Assembly (NCBI GenBank): GCA_023898385.1
Contig: CP060220.1
Span: 1,228,993 to 1,292,992 of the forward strand
From: Pseudobdellovibrionaceae bacterium
GTDB taxonomy: Bacteria > Bdellovibrionota > Bdellovibrionia > Bdellovibrionales > UBA1609
DNA: 64,000 nt
Reading direction: 5' to 3'
Shown here: positions 1-8,589 of the stretch, piece after piece
How positions within the stretch are numbered: the first letter of the stretch is position 1
Layout: the number at the start of each line of letters is the position of its first letter
The notes under the pieces: generated by a model
The model's database searches: none
The model's input: only the letters and a program-made list of their open reading frames with translations
What the model was told of the DNA's origin: nothing
Position numbers and translations under genes: made by a program

Positions 1-771
1 GTCTACTTTGTTCTCTTTGAAAAGAGTGATTGAATCTTTAGCTCCATCAATTCCACTTGGAACCAGTTCGATTTCTTGTGGAACATTTTTTGAATAATTA
101 TAATGATGCTTATTGGCCAGAAGTTTGATCATTCCATTGCCATTATCATTTTCAACATAATAGGGGCCTGAAGTGTTGCGGTAATCAGTGATCTTAAGAG
201 TTTTTGGGTCAACAGATGATTTTGGCAAAATGGCAAAGTCTATCGATGATAGCATGGCCAATAGAAAGGCCTTTTCACCATTAGACTTTAAGATAACAGT
301 ATTACCATCCACAGAAATACCAGAGCAGGCACTTTCTATGGACTCTAGTGTTTCAACGGGGCAGATCAAATCTTTAAAGTTGCCGTGGGTGTTTTCTGAT
401 AAAATCAGTAAACGCTTTAATGAAAACTCCACATCTTGTGCCGTGATCTTGATACCATCAACAGTTTGAAGATTTTCCCTAATTTGAAGGTGGAGTTCTC
501 CATCTTTCCATTCAAAACTTTGGGCCACTCCAGCAATGGGAGTTCCATTTTCTTTAGAAAGTTCAACCAAGGGACTATAGACGTTTTCTAAAAATATGTA
601 CTCGGGTGCCAAGTGGATTTTGGTTGGTTCATAAGCACTTACAGGTCGATTATATGGAAAAGCTACTCTTAAAGTCATATTACCATCCCGTTTTTTGTTG
701 CTTGTTAGCCAAAAAATGGTCATTCCTAGAAGGACCATTGGCACTGCCAAGAGTACATACTTTTTTAACAT
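1..771 (-). CDS. ABC-transporter substrate-binding protein, family 5 (Opp/Dpp-like); N-terminal 257 codons only, gene runs off the window start
   Basis: Absent from the ORF track because there is no stop in the window. The reverse frame is open for all 257 codons from the ATG at 771. It starts with a signal/TM segment (MLKKYVLLAVPMVLLGMTIFW). This is followed by LRVAFPY..YEPTKIHLAPEYIFLENVYSPLVEL..GVAQSFEW..LQIRENLQTVDGIKITAQDVEFSLKRL, which matches the usual SBP_bac_5 N-terminal pattern. Confidence 0.7.
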   Translation of the reverse strand, partial: MLKKYVLLAVPMVLLGMTIFWLTSNKKRDGNMTLRVAFPYNRPVSAYEPTKIHLAPEYIFLENVYSPLVELSKENGTPIAGVAQSFEWKDGELHLQIRENLQTVDGIKITAQDVEFSLKRLLILSENTHGNFKDLICPVETLESIESACSGISVDGNTVILKSNGEKAFLLAMLSSIDFAILPKSSVDPKTLKITDYRNTSGPYYVENDNGNGMIKLLANKHHYNYSKNVPQEIELVPSGIDGAKDSITLFKENKVD

Positions 772-786
772 TGTGCTTCCCCTTAC

Positions 787-1077
787 TTAGAGACATATTG
801 TTCGGTCTCCCATCACTTCGATTTGTTCAAAAATGCCTTTGTCTTTAAGCTCTTCAATGAGTGAGGCTGTATCCTCACTCAGTTCTAGTTTTCCGTCCTC
901 AGAAAAACTCAATATTCCTGATTGGTAAAGCTGCAGAATTTGTCTTTGTGTTTCAAGCTTTGTAGCTTCCTCTTGAATTAATTTATCAGTTGCTTTGTCA
1001 TTTTTTGTGCATTCATCATGAGCAAAGCTGTTAAACGTGAGAAGTGTTAAAATAGCTGTAAGAATTTCTGCTTTCAT
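787..1077 (-). CDS. small secreted protein (signal peptide), function unknown
   Basis: 96-aa ORF with a hydrophobic N-terminus (MKAEILTAILTLLTFNSFA). It is packed between the activator gene and the SBP gene on the same strand. Confidence 0.55.
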   Translation of the reverse strand: MKAEILTAILTLLTFNSFAHDECTKNDKATDKLIQEEATKLETQRQILQLYQSGILSFSEDGKLELSEDTASLIEELKDKGIFEQIEVMGDRTICL

Positions 1078-2548
1078 AACGACTATCCTCCTTTTTACCC
1101 CCTAAGAGGTTGTTTAATATTAATTCCATCATGGTGCCCTTTTTACCTTGCAGTCCCAGGGCCTTTAATTTTGATGAGAGAGTGGTTCGGCTCACTCCTA
1201 AAATCCTTCCGGCCTTGGCCACATTATAATTACTTAACTTCATAGCCTTAATGATAAGGGCCATTTGTTGGTTTTTATGCATGAGTTCTAAATCTTCCAA
1301 TGTAATCAAATCATCATCGCTAGAGCTATAATAGGAAAATGATTTTTGCTCTAAAATATGTTTTGGAAGATCACTTTCTTTTATAATTGATTTATCAACC
1401 ACTACATAAAGTCGTTCAATTTCTCCGATAAGCTCTCTGACATTACCTGGCCAATTGTAGCTGACTAGTTTATCTAGTGTAGGCTTCATAATTTTTTTAT
1501 AAATACCTTTGTTTGCTTCAATTTTGTTTTGGGTGTAGGCAATGGTGGGAAGAATGTCCTCGGGTCTTTCTCTTAAAGGTAAAATTGTGAGATCTAGGTG
1601 TTTAATTCTAAAATACAAATCAGGCAAAAACTCGCCATTTTCTGAAAGCTCTCTTAAGTTTGGCTTTCCTGCGACAATCAATCTAAAATCAACAGGTATT
1701 GGATTTTTACCTCCTACTGGCTGCACTTGTTTTTCTTGAAGCACTCGAAGAAGTGAAGCTTGTTGCTCTAGGTTTAGGTGATGAATTTCATCCAAAAAAA
1801 TGGTTCCTCCATCAGCTTGTCTAAATTTCCCAGGCTTATCTTCTTTTGCATCAGTAAAAGATCCTTTTACATGGCCAAAAAGTTCACTTTCAAAAAGAGT
1901 ATTAGTAATGGCTGCGCAATTAACAACAACGAATGCTCTTGAAGCCCGTTGAGAGTTATCGTGAATGGCTCTGGCAATGAGTTCCTTACCTGTTCCTGTT
2001 TCTCCTAAGATGAGAGCTGGTTGGTCACAAGAAGCATATTTAATAGCAAGTTTTGAAACCTGCTTAATATTTTCAGACTTTCCCGCAAGCCCAACAAGCT
2101 TTTGCTCCTTAGAGGTGTATTTATTAGTTTGTTCTTCAAGTAGGTTGTGATTGTAGGACTCGATAGCATTTTCAGAAATGGCCCGAATCACTTCATTGGA
2201 GAGAGGCTTAAATAAAAATTTATCTACACCTGAGCCAAGCCAATCTTTAAGAGCCTCTTGTGAATCTTCACCAGACATGATGATTGTTGTTACACAAGGG
2301 TTGATGTCTTTAAGCTTTTTGGCCAAAAGATGTCCAACAGCATGAATTTCATTTTTTTCTTCAAACTGATAATCAATAAAGGCTACACAGTAGTTAAATG
2401 GATCAGCTTTAAATTTTTCTATGGCCTCATCATAGCTAAAGGCAAATTCAAACTCGGCCATGCTTTCAACTTCTGATCCGCGGTAGGCCAAAAGAAAGCT
2501 GCCATGCACAGACTGCTCATCATCCACGATTAAAATTTTTGGTTTCAT
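1031..2548 (-). CDS. sigma-54-dependent response regulator (NtrC-family enhancer-binding protein)
   Basis: Receiver domain (ILIVDDEQ, D in AFIDYQF, K in FLFKPL). AAA+ activator domain (Walker A GETGTGKE, ESELFGH, GAFTGA-loop variant GSFTDA, Walker B FLDEIH). C-terminal Fis-type HTH (NVAKAGRILGVSRTTLSSKLK). Confidence 0.92.
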   Translation of the reverse strand: MKPKILIVDDEQSVHGSFLLAYRGSEVESMAEFEFAFSYDEAIEKFKADPFNYCVAFIDYQFEEKNEIHAVGHLLAKKLKDINPCVTTIIMSGEDSQEALKDWLGSGVDKFLFKPLSNEVIRAISENAIESYNHNLLEEQTNKYTSKEQKLVGLAGKSENIKQVSKLAIKYASCDQPALILGETGTGKELIARAIHDNSQRASRAFVVVNCAAITNTLFESELFGHVKGSFTDAKEDKPGKFRQADGGTIFLDEIHHLNLEQQASLLRVLQEKQVQPVGGKNPIPVDFRLIVAGKPNLRELSENGEFLPDLYFRIKHLDLTILPLRERPEDILPTIAYTQNKIEANKGIYKKIMKPTLDKLVSYNWPGNVRELIGEIERLYVVVDKSIIKESDLPKHILEQKSFSYYSSSDDDLITLEDLELMHKNQQMALIIKAMKLSNYNVAKAGRILGVSRTTLSSKLKALGLQGKKGTMMELILNNLLGGKKEDSRYESRNSYSYFNTSHV

Positions 2549-2592
2549 AAAAGTTCCCCCTTTAGAAAACGCTTAACCTGCAAAGGGCTATC

Positions 2593-2608
2593 GCAAAGGG
2601 AGTGCCAA
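2593..2608 (-). promoter_or_regulatory. sigma-54 (-24/-12) promoter upstream of the activator gene
   Basis: The minus strand reads TTGGCAC-TCCCT-TTGC, an exact TGGCAC-N5-TTGC match. It lies about 45 nt upstream of the ATG at 2548, and an AAGGGGGA ribosome-binding site sits in between. Confidence 0.65.
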
Positions 2609-2702
2609 TGTGGTAACTATGTGGATTGCTTAGACTTCGGTGACTATCTCCCCCTATGATGCAGCATGAGATAAACAAAAAGAAGTGAAAAAGTCAAAGC
2701 TA

Positions 2703-2886
2703 GCGACGAGAATTCGTCGTTTAAAGTGGGAGCTTACAAATTACCAATAGTAAGTCCTTAAGATTCTTAGGGAAAGTTCCTTTAAATGAAATTTGAACGA
2801 GCGACGAAGGATCGTCGTATTTTTTTAATTTTCAATTTAACTGCCTAATTTTATTGCACAATAAGAACAGCGAGTTTTCGTCGTCT
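2703..2886. promoter_or_regulatory. three spaced palindromes AGCGACGA-N4-TCGTCGT (candidate enhancer/UAS sites)
   Basis: 2703-2720 gcgacgagaattcgtcgt; 2801-2818 gcgacgaaggatcgtcgt; 2870-2886 a degenerate copy, agcgagttttcgtcgtc. They lie about 110, 210 and 280 bp upstream of the sigma-54 promoter. Confidence 0.4.
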
Positions 2887-2953
2887 TATATTGATTTTGT
2901 AATATTTTTAGGAAAAAGTGGCCAAAACTAGAGCTGAAAGGGCTTTTAAGGAG

Positions 2954-3211
2954 TTAGTTATTCTTTTCAGATGTGCTTCCATTTCTCTCATCGGCTCCGG
3001 AATCGTGCCCACATCTTAGAATATCCTCCAAAATCTCTAATTCTTCGCCAATTTTCTTAATGAGTAGACCAACTCCATAAAGCTCACCATCCTCAAAAAC
3101 TGTATCTCGGTTTCCCTGTGTGAAAAGGCCACCGAGACCCCTAAGGGAACCATGGGCATGCCACAGCCTATTGCAAACTACATCAAGTTTTTTCTGGGTT
3201 AGATGTTCCAT
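2954..3211 (-). CDS. hypothetical 85-aa protein, divergent from the XRE regulator
   Basis: Internal start MEHLTQKKLD... of the 167-aa track ORF. It has an AGAGG RBS 6 nt upstream of the ATG at 3211. The longer form would overlap the XRE gene. Confidence 0.5.
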   Translation of the reverse strand: MEHLTQKKLDVVCNRLWHAHGSLRGLGGLFTQGNRDTVFEDGELYGVGLLIKKIGEELEILEDILRCGHDSGADERNGSTSEKNN

Positions 3212-3266
3212 ATTGACCTCTTTTATATAATATAATACATGTAATATAAAACTAATAACAAAGTCA

Positions 3267-3515
3267 ATGGAGCATAGTATTCTCTTTTGCATGTCAAAAG
3301 AGAAAGAGGCTTGGCTAAAAAATTTAGCTAAAAATATTAAATCACTGCGTAAAGAAAAGGGAATGTCGCAACAGGCCCTTGCTGAAAAATCGCGGTTATC
3401 TATTGCTACAATTGCAAAGATAGAAATCTGTGCTGTTGAAAATCCAACATTGGACACGATTGTATCTTTGGGGCGAGCTCTAGGAGTGAAAGATAGTCTT
3501 TTACTCTTGCGGTAG
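3267..3515 (+). CDS. XRE-family helix-turn-helix transcriptional regulator
   Basis: LKNLAKNIKSLRKEKGMSQQALAEKSRLSIATIAKIE is a classic Cro/C1 HTH. The true start may be the MSKEKE codon at 3291. Confidence 0.8.
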   Translation: MEHSILFCMSKEKEAWLKNLAKNIKSLRKEKGMSQQALAEKSRLSIATIAKIEICAVENPTLDTIVSLGRALGVKDSLLLLR

Positions 3516-3543
3516 TTTTTTTGAATCTAAATAGGAGTTGAAA

Positions 3544-4065
3544 ATGTCAAATGATTCATCGTTAAAGATAAGCAACTTTCTTGATTCTCCACTTGAGTCA
3601 GGCGTGCAAATTTTAGCAGCGGAATACTATATACCTGTTTTTTGGCTGGCAATGTTCACCACAGAGGATTTAAAAACTTTTTGGGATATAGATAACGAAG
3701 TGGAAGTGCCATACTTAGCCACCACTGTTTCTCGCGCTATAAAAACTTTTGAACATAGAGTTTCAAATCTAAAAAAGATGTTCACAAATATCGACGACTA
3801 CATACCTGAGTGGACTCAACTACAGAAAAAAATGACTATGAATTATGTGTTGGTAGATTTAGATGATGTTCTAGAAATGGATGAGGATGGTAGAGAGCAA
3901 CTTTTGCCGGCACTTAAGGCCATAGACGAGCCTGATGTTGACAGTATGGTTGCTTTTGCGAAGCTGACATGTTTTTCAGATATCTTTGATCAATCCTCAG
4001 GGACACTCAATGAAGTACATAATCGGCCATCTGTAAAAGAGTATCTTTGTGGATTTGAAAGGTAA
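3544..4065 (+). CDS. hypothetical acidic cytoplasmic protein (173 aa)
   Basis: Track ORF 3538..4065. The ATG at 3544 has an AGGAG RBS about 7 nt upstream. I recognised no motif. Confidence 0.6.
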   Translation: MSNDSSLKISNFLDSPLESGVQILAAEYYIPVFWLAMFTTEDLKTFWDIDNEVEVPYLATTVSRAIKTFEHRVSNLKKMFTNIDDYIPEWTQLQKKMTMNYVLVDLDDVLEMDEDGREQLLPALKAIDEPDVDSMVAFAKLTCFSDIFDQSSGTLNEVHNRPSVKEYLCGFER

Positions 4066-4127
4066 TCGAAGTCTTATTGCTACTTATCTTCGCTTTTTGT
4101 TAGTGTTTTACCAACTCTTAGGGGGGC

Positions 4128-5027
4128 GTGAAATTAAAAATCATAAGTTTATTTATTACTTTATTCTACTCATTATTTGGTTTTGCAGGAGAGATAAGTA
4201 TTACAATAGATGATCCAAATCAAACCTTTAAGTGGGATCTTTTTTCAAAGCCTGAAAGAGATAAAATGATACGTGCGGCGCTCTCAAGGTTTCAAGTCAA
4301 AGCTGCACTTTTTGTATGCGGAATGCGCGTAGACACTCCCCAAGGAAAAAAACTTTTAGAGGAATGGGACAGGGAGGGCCACCTTATTGCGAATCACACT
4401 TACTCACATAAAAACTATCATGGTGTGAGTTATGATTTTTTTAAAAACGATATCCTAGCTGTTGAGCCGTTATTAACAGGGCTTAAAAATTATGAGCGTT
4501 ATTTTAGGTTTCCACAATTAAAAGCAGGAAACTCTAAGGAGAAAAGAGACAGAATAAGGTCTTTTTTCGATTCTAACGGTTTTAAAAACGGGTATGTAAC
4601 TGTAGATGCGTCAGATTGGTATATTGATTATCGACTTAGAAATAAAATAAATAAAGACCCAAAATTTGATATTCAAAAATTTAAAAATTATTACTTAAAG
4701 CATATTTGGGAAAGAACAAAATACTATGATCAACTTGCAAAAAAACTCACTGGTAGGAGTATAAGGCATACACTTTTAATTCATCACAATTCAATAAATG
4801 CATTGTTTCTTGAAGATATACTAAAAATGTATACATCAAAAGGTTGGAAAGTCATTGATGCTAAAGACGCATTTCAAGACCAAGTATTTTTAGTACGACC
4901 AAATGTAGTTCCTGCTGGAGAAAGTATTATTTGGTCTATGGCCAAGGAGAAGGGCTTTTCTGACCTGAGATATCCTGCTGAAGATGCTCGTTATGAAAAA
5001 CCTGAAATGGATAGGCTTGGTTTGTAA
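4128..5027 (+). CDS. secreted polysaccharide deacetylase (NodB-homology domain)
   Basis: Signal peptide, then ISITIDDPN (TFDD-type Asp motif) and HLIANHTYSH (H-x4-H metal motif). Confidence 0.75.
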   Translation: MKLKIISLFITLFYSLFGFAGEISITIDDPNQTFKWDLFSKPERDKMIRAALSRFQVKAALFVCGMRVDTPQGKKLLEEWDREGHLIANHTYSHKNYHGVSYDFFKNDILAVEPLLTGLKNYERYFRFPQLKAGNSKEKRDRIRSFFDSNGFKNGYVTVDASDWYIDYRLRNKINKDPKFDIQKFKNYYLKHIWERTKYYDQLAKKLTGRSIRHTLLIHHNSINALFLEDILKMYTSKGWKVIDAKDAFQDQVFLVRPNVVPAGESIIWSMAKEKGFSDLRYPAEDARYEKPEMDRLGL

Positions 5028-5048
5028 TAATTATTTGTTTTTAAGGTT

Positions 5049-5366
5049 ATGAAAGGGTCATATTGTCTAATGAAACTTTTTGGAAATATATTATTTGTCC
5101 TCTCAATAGTACTAACCGTAGCAACTATTTATACGGCACAAGTTTCTTCGAACGGTTGTGATAATGTAGCCATGTTGAGTTTATTATTATTTTTGGCTAT
5201 ATTCTTTGCGACTATAGGAGCTGTATTTTTGTTTAAGTCCAGTAAAAAAAACTTGAGTCAGCGAATGGCTAAAGTTCTGCTCGTGGTTTTATTAGCTTCC
5301 TGGATGGGGGAAGGTGTTCAAATTTACCACCTTTCATCTGCAGCTATTGGGGATTGTTATGAATAA
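5049..5366 (+). CDS. small integral membrane protein
   Basis: 105-aa ORF with three hydrophobic helices. Confidence 0.5.
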   Translation: MKGSYCLMKLFGNILFVLSIVLTVATIYTAQVSSNGCDNVAMLSLLLFLAIFFATIGAVFLFKSSKKNLSQRMAKVLLVVLLASWMGEGVQIYHLSSAAIGDCYE

Positions 5367-5397
5367 TATTTATTACTCTATTGAAAGGATTTTTGTA

Positions 5398-5958
5398 ATG
5401 AAAAGAGTATTGTTTTTGTTCTTTGTTATTTTGCTATCATCTTGTGCCACTTCTACAAATAAGACATATGAGCAGGTTAAAATGCCTGAACATGATGGGC
5501 TTAGAATTATAATGTACCGAAAACCTGGTGCTTGGGGTTATGCAAATGAAACTTACCTAAGGTTAAATCAAAAGGATGTAGCTCATATTACTAATGGCAT
5601 GTATACTGTAGTAGATCTTCCAAAGGGAGGAAAATATATTATGGCGATTGCCAATATTCATGAATCTCTTTATGACAAAGGAAGTATTGAAATTAAGGAG
5701 AAAAATACGATTTATTTGAGAATCAAGCACAGCTCTGTTTCTCGGCAAATGGAATTTTCAGACTGGCAGACAGTATGGTTAGGCTCCGCTTTTAGTCCTA
5801 ATAAAGGTAAGAATGTTTACCAAGCAGAAAAAATTAAAGATGGATATGCTTTTTACAACTATGATGTAGTTGCTCCCTCTGCGGCCTTAAATGAAATACG
5901 TTCCTTAAAGTTGAAGTACAGTAAACCTAAGTTAGATCCGATACCTGTAAAACTTTAG
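5398..5958 (+). CDS. lipoprotein (DUF2846-like, tentative)
   Basis: Internal start MKRVLFLFFVILLSSC with lipobox LSSC. The remainder resembles short beta-rich lipoproteins. Confidence 0.6.
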   Translation: MKRVLFLFFVILLSSCATSTNKTYEQVKMPEHDGLRIIMYRKPGAWGYANETYLRLNQKDVAHITNGMYTVVDLPKGGKYIMAIANIHESLYDKGSIEIKEKNTIYLRIKHSSVSRQMEFSDWQTVWLGSAFSPNKGKNVYQAEKIKDGYAFYNYDVVAPSAALNEIRSLKLKYSKPKLDPIPVKL

Positions 5959-5965
5959 ACCTTTT

Positions 5966-6160
5966 TTATTTTCTTTTTGGCTTTGCCCAAGACTCTTGAA
6001 CTCCAGTTAATGCCCTCGAATATGCTCCGTAGCTAGTGAGTCCTTTTTTGTGAGCTTGGGCAGCTTTTTCAGCCATATTTCTAACTGAACAGCCGTTTTG
6101 TATAATTGCGAATATAGATAAAATCATCAATCCTTTAAACATATCAGTAATGATACTCAT
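5966..6160 (-). CDS. small membrane protein, unknown
   Basis: 64-aa ORF with one TM helix and a basic tail. Confidence 0.35.
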   Translation of the reverse strand: MSIITDMFKGLMILSIFAIIQNGCSVRNMAEKAAQAHKKGLTSYGAYSRALTGVQESWAKPKRK

Positions 6161-6175
6161 TTTTGCCCCCTAATT

Positions 6176-6490
6176 TTAAGCTGATTCCAGCTTTACATCA
6201 TATTTATAGCCCGCTTTTTTTACTGAATCTGATAAGGCCAATTCAATAAAAGCCGCTGGCGGATACCCCAATTTTTTCGCCATCTTCCCTGCTAAAGAGG
6301 GAGAGGGGATTCTTTTAGCAGTAATATAATCATGTAAAGACTGAGGGCTCATCCCAAGCTTTTTGGCGCAGGCAGCCCTGCTATCAAAATCCGTCTCAAT
6401 AACTGCTTCCAAGTGGCTAGCAAAGGTCACTTTTCCAAACTTTTTTGAAAGCTTGTCATAGGCTGGTGTTTTTTTCTTTTTAGTACTCAT
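6176..6490 (-). CDS. HTH antitoxin (HigA/XRE-like)
   Basis: Start MSTKKKKTPAYD overlaps the toxin stop by 11 nt. HTH: CAKKLGMSPQSLHDYITAKRIPS. Confidence 0.7.
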   Translation of the reverse strand: MSTKKKKTPAYDKLSKKFGKVTFASHLEAVIETDFDSRAACAKKLGMSPQSLHDYITAKRIPSPSLAGKMAKKLGYPPAAFIELALSDSVKKAGYKYDVKLESA

Positions 6491-6755
6491 GTTTATGTAC
6501 CTCCATAGCTTCAATATGAATTTCTTTTTCAATCTCCTGGTAAATCAAACGATAAGCTTTACTGAGCCTTATGGATCTTTGTCCAGATCGTTTTCCTTTA
6601 AGAGGCTCATCGTGATAACCAGGTTTTTTTCTCACTTCTCTAATTCCAAAGCCTTCCACCGTTTTTACCCAAAACAGAGCTTTTTGCTGAATGGCTTTAG
6701 GGCATCTTGATAACTGTTTTTCAAATAACTTTGTGTAGCCCACTCGTGTCGACAT
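6480..6755 (-). CDS. RelE/ParE-superfamily toxin (toxin-first, HigB-like arrangement)
   Basis: 91 aa; KGKRSGQRSIRLSKAYRLIYQEIEKEIHIEAMEVHKH is the typical RelE-fold C-terminal pattern. It is translationally coupled to the downstream HTH gene. Confidence 0.75.
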   Translation of the reverse strand: MSTRVGYTKLFEKQLSRCPKAIQQKALFWVKTVEGFGIREVRKKPGYHDEPLKGKRSGQRSIRLSKAYRLIYQEIEKEIHIEAMEVHKHEY

Positions 6756-6770
6756 ATCCTACCTCCATTT

Positions 6771-6822
6771 ATAAGGCAAAATGCCTTATGTTGCAAGTTC
6801 TTTTTAAGGCAAAATGCCTTAT
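6771..6822. promoter_or_regulatory. two copies of palindrome TAAGGCA-AAA-TGCCTTA (TA operator) overlapping a sigma-70-like promoter
   Basis: 6771-6789 ataaggcaaaatgccttat and 6805-6822 taaggcaaaatgccttat. On the minus strand, TTGCAA-N17-TATAAA brackets copy 1, followed by a GGAGG RBS and the ATG at 6755. Confidence 0.55.
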
Positions 6823-7166
6823 TTTTAAAAATGTGCCGTGAAAAGTTAATAGGTCAATAGAAGAGAGGATGATTTCTAACTGAGTGAGTTCGGGCAAAGA
6901 CCTATACTCACCATACTCACTTTACTCACCTTTTTTGTGAACTATCATGAAAAAGGATGAATGAAAGTGAAATTGAAAAATGTCTGAAAGCCCTTTAAAT
7001 ACTGCTATCTAGCGGAAACCCTTAGGTTTTTAAAAATCGTTAAATATGCCTCGGGTAGTTCGGGCATTTTCGGTCGGTCCTGCTGCAATTGGGTAGTTTT
7101 AAATTGGAAAAATCAAGTGGGCCCACTCGCGGCCCCATTTTTGATGTGCTGAACTATAAACCGGCA

Positions 7167-7358
7167 TTAAGCAATCTTTTTCTTCAAGGCCTTAATTTCC
7201 TTCTCCAACTTATCCAAACGGCTCTCCTCTGCCTTTTTTCTAATGAGGGCCTCTTTGAGTAACTTATTTAAAAGAGTTTGATATGGCGCACCGGTGATAT
7301 TGGGATTTAAAATTCGGCAGCGTCTGGATGCGGATATACTCAGTGAGAGTACATCCAC
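7167..7358 (-). pseudogene. possible BrnA/CopG-like antitoxin remnant
   Basis: The 63-aa ORF contains GAPYQTLLNKLLKEAL, which resembles the C-terminal GxPYQTLI motif of BrnA-type antitoxins. The N-terminal part and a partner toxin are missing. Confidence 0.3.
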
Positions 7359-7723
7359 CAGATAATAAAAATGCTGGTCAGGTGATGCACCATTTGATCT
7401 AAACCAAAAGCATTCCAGTAGCCCGGCTTAGATTTGTCGTCAAAACGCCCGAGATAGCGGGGCCCAGATTTGATTCGGTCCATAATAAAATGCACCACAA
7501 AATCCACTAGGCTCAACCACCACAAGTGCGGCGTGTAGTACAACAATATGGCCAGGGCTAATAATCCATGCACGGCACAGTGAACCGTGAGAGGGAGAAA
7601 AAAATCCCAACCCGGCAACACTTTTTTAAGCATGTATTCACGCTGTAGAGGAAAATCACCTACAAAGTGTTTTATTTGAAATAGAATTAAGAGTAAAAAC
7701 AAGGTCTCAATGCTGATCGTCAT
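7340..7723 (-). CDS. DUF3307-family membrane protein
   Basis: LLILFQIKHFVGDFPLQ...VHCAVHG...HFIMDRIK...MVHHL: His-rich TM pattern typical of DUF3307. Confidence 0.65.
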   Translation of the reverse strand: MTISIETLFLLLILFQIKHFVGDFPLQREYMLKKVLPGWDFFLPLTVHCAVHGLLALAILLYYTPHLWWLSLVDFVVHFIMDRIKSGPRYLGRFDDKSKPGYWNAFGLDQMVHHLTSIFIIWWMYSH

Positions 7724-7843
7724 GAATCCATCCCGTTCATTTTTTTATTGTCCCCCGATGCTGCCGTCTGGCACAAATAAAATTGTTAGATTTCAAGACT
7801 TTGTGCTTGGAAGTCGAACAAACAACCAAAGGCCCACACAACA

Positions 7844-8581
7844 ATGAAAACCACAAACCAGCGCGAAAACCCCTTTATCAATCTGCTTTTTAATATAGTT
7901 TTGCCTGTGGCTTTACTTAACCAACTGACCAAACGCCTGGGGGAAGATGGTCCGTTGATTGCCCTCCTTGTGGCTCTTGCTTTTCCCATAGGCTATGGCG
8001 CCTACGACTATTTAACGCGTCACAAAAAGAACTACATCTCCCTCCTTGGAGTGATTAACGTGCTGTTCACTGGTGGATTGGCACTGATGAGCCTTGAAGG
8101 CATTTGGTTTGCGGTGAAAGAAGCGGCCTTCCCCTTGATTTTGGGAATTGGAGTCTACTTGTCCGCCTACACCCGCCGACCGTTTATGCGATTTATGGTG
8201 ACCAATGAAAACGTGATGAATTTTGACTTGGTCACAGCCCGCCTTGAAGAAAAAAACCACCAACCGCAGTTTGATCAACACATCCGAACTTCAACTAAAC
8301 TCTTAGCCACTTCATTTTTTCTCAGCAGCCTGCTTAACTTTTTTTTGGCTCGGTCTATCTTTGTCGATATTGATCCCGCCTTGTCGACCCTTGAGAGAAG
8401 TACCGTACTTAACGAGCAAATCGCCGATATGACTTGGCGAAGTTTTATTGTGATCGTGTTGCCACTGATGGTGTTTATGGCCTTTGTGGGGTGGCATTTG
8501 ATATCGGGAATTAAGAAACTCACCGACCTTGAAATTGATGACATCATGCCGCATGTGGCCGAGAAAAAGCCCACAGCATAG
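7844..8581 (+). CDS. multi-pass inner-membrane protein, function unknown
   Basis: 245-aa ORF with about 6 hydrophobic helices. The antisense ORFs inside it (8012..8574) are judged spurious. Confidence 0.7.
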   Translation: MKTTNQRENPFINLLFNIVLPVALLNQLTKRLGEDGPLIALLVALAFPIGYGAYDYLTRHKKNYISLLGVINVLFTGGLALMSLEGIWFAVKEAAFPLILGIGVYLSAYTRRPFMRFMVTNENVMNFDLVTARLEEKNHQPQFDQHIRTSTKLLATSFFLSSLLNFFLARSIFVDIDPALSTLERSTVLNEQIADMTWRSFIVIVLPLMVFMAFVGWHLISGIKKLTDLEIDDIMPHVAEKKPTA

Positions 8582-8589
8582 GTCCCAGA

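Noticed and set aside
2703-2886. The three palindromic repeats as a mini-CRISPR array
   Set aside because: There are only three copies, irregularly spaced at about 98 and 70 bp. The third copy is degenerate and there are no cas genes. No CRISPR array was seen anywhere in the window.
2954-3457. Long 167-aa form of the minus-strand ORF
   Set aside because: It would overlap most of the XRE gene. An internal ATG at 3211 with a good RBS gives a compact divergent arrangement.
7786-7989. 67-aa minus-strand ORF
   Set aside because: It overlaps the 5' end of the well-supported membrane protein gene at 7844..8581 and has no motif.
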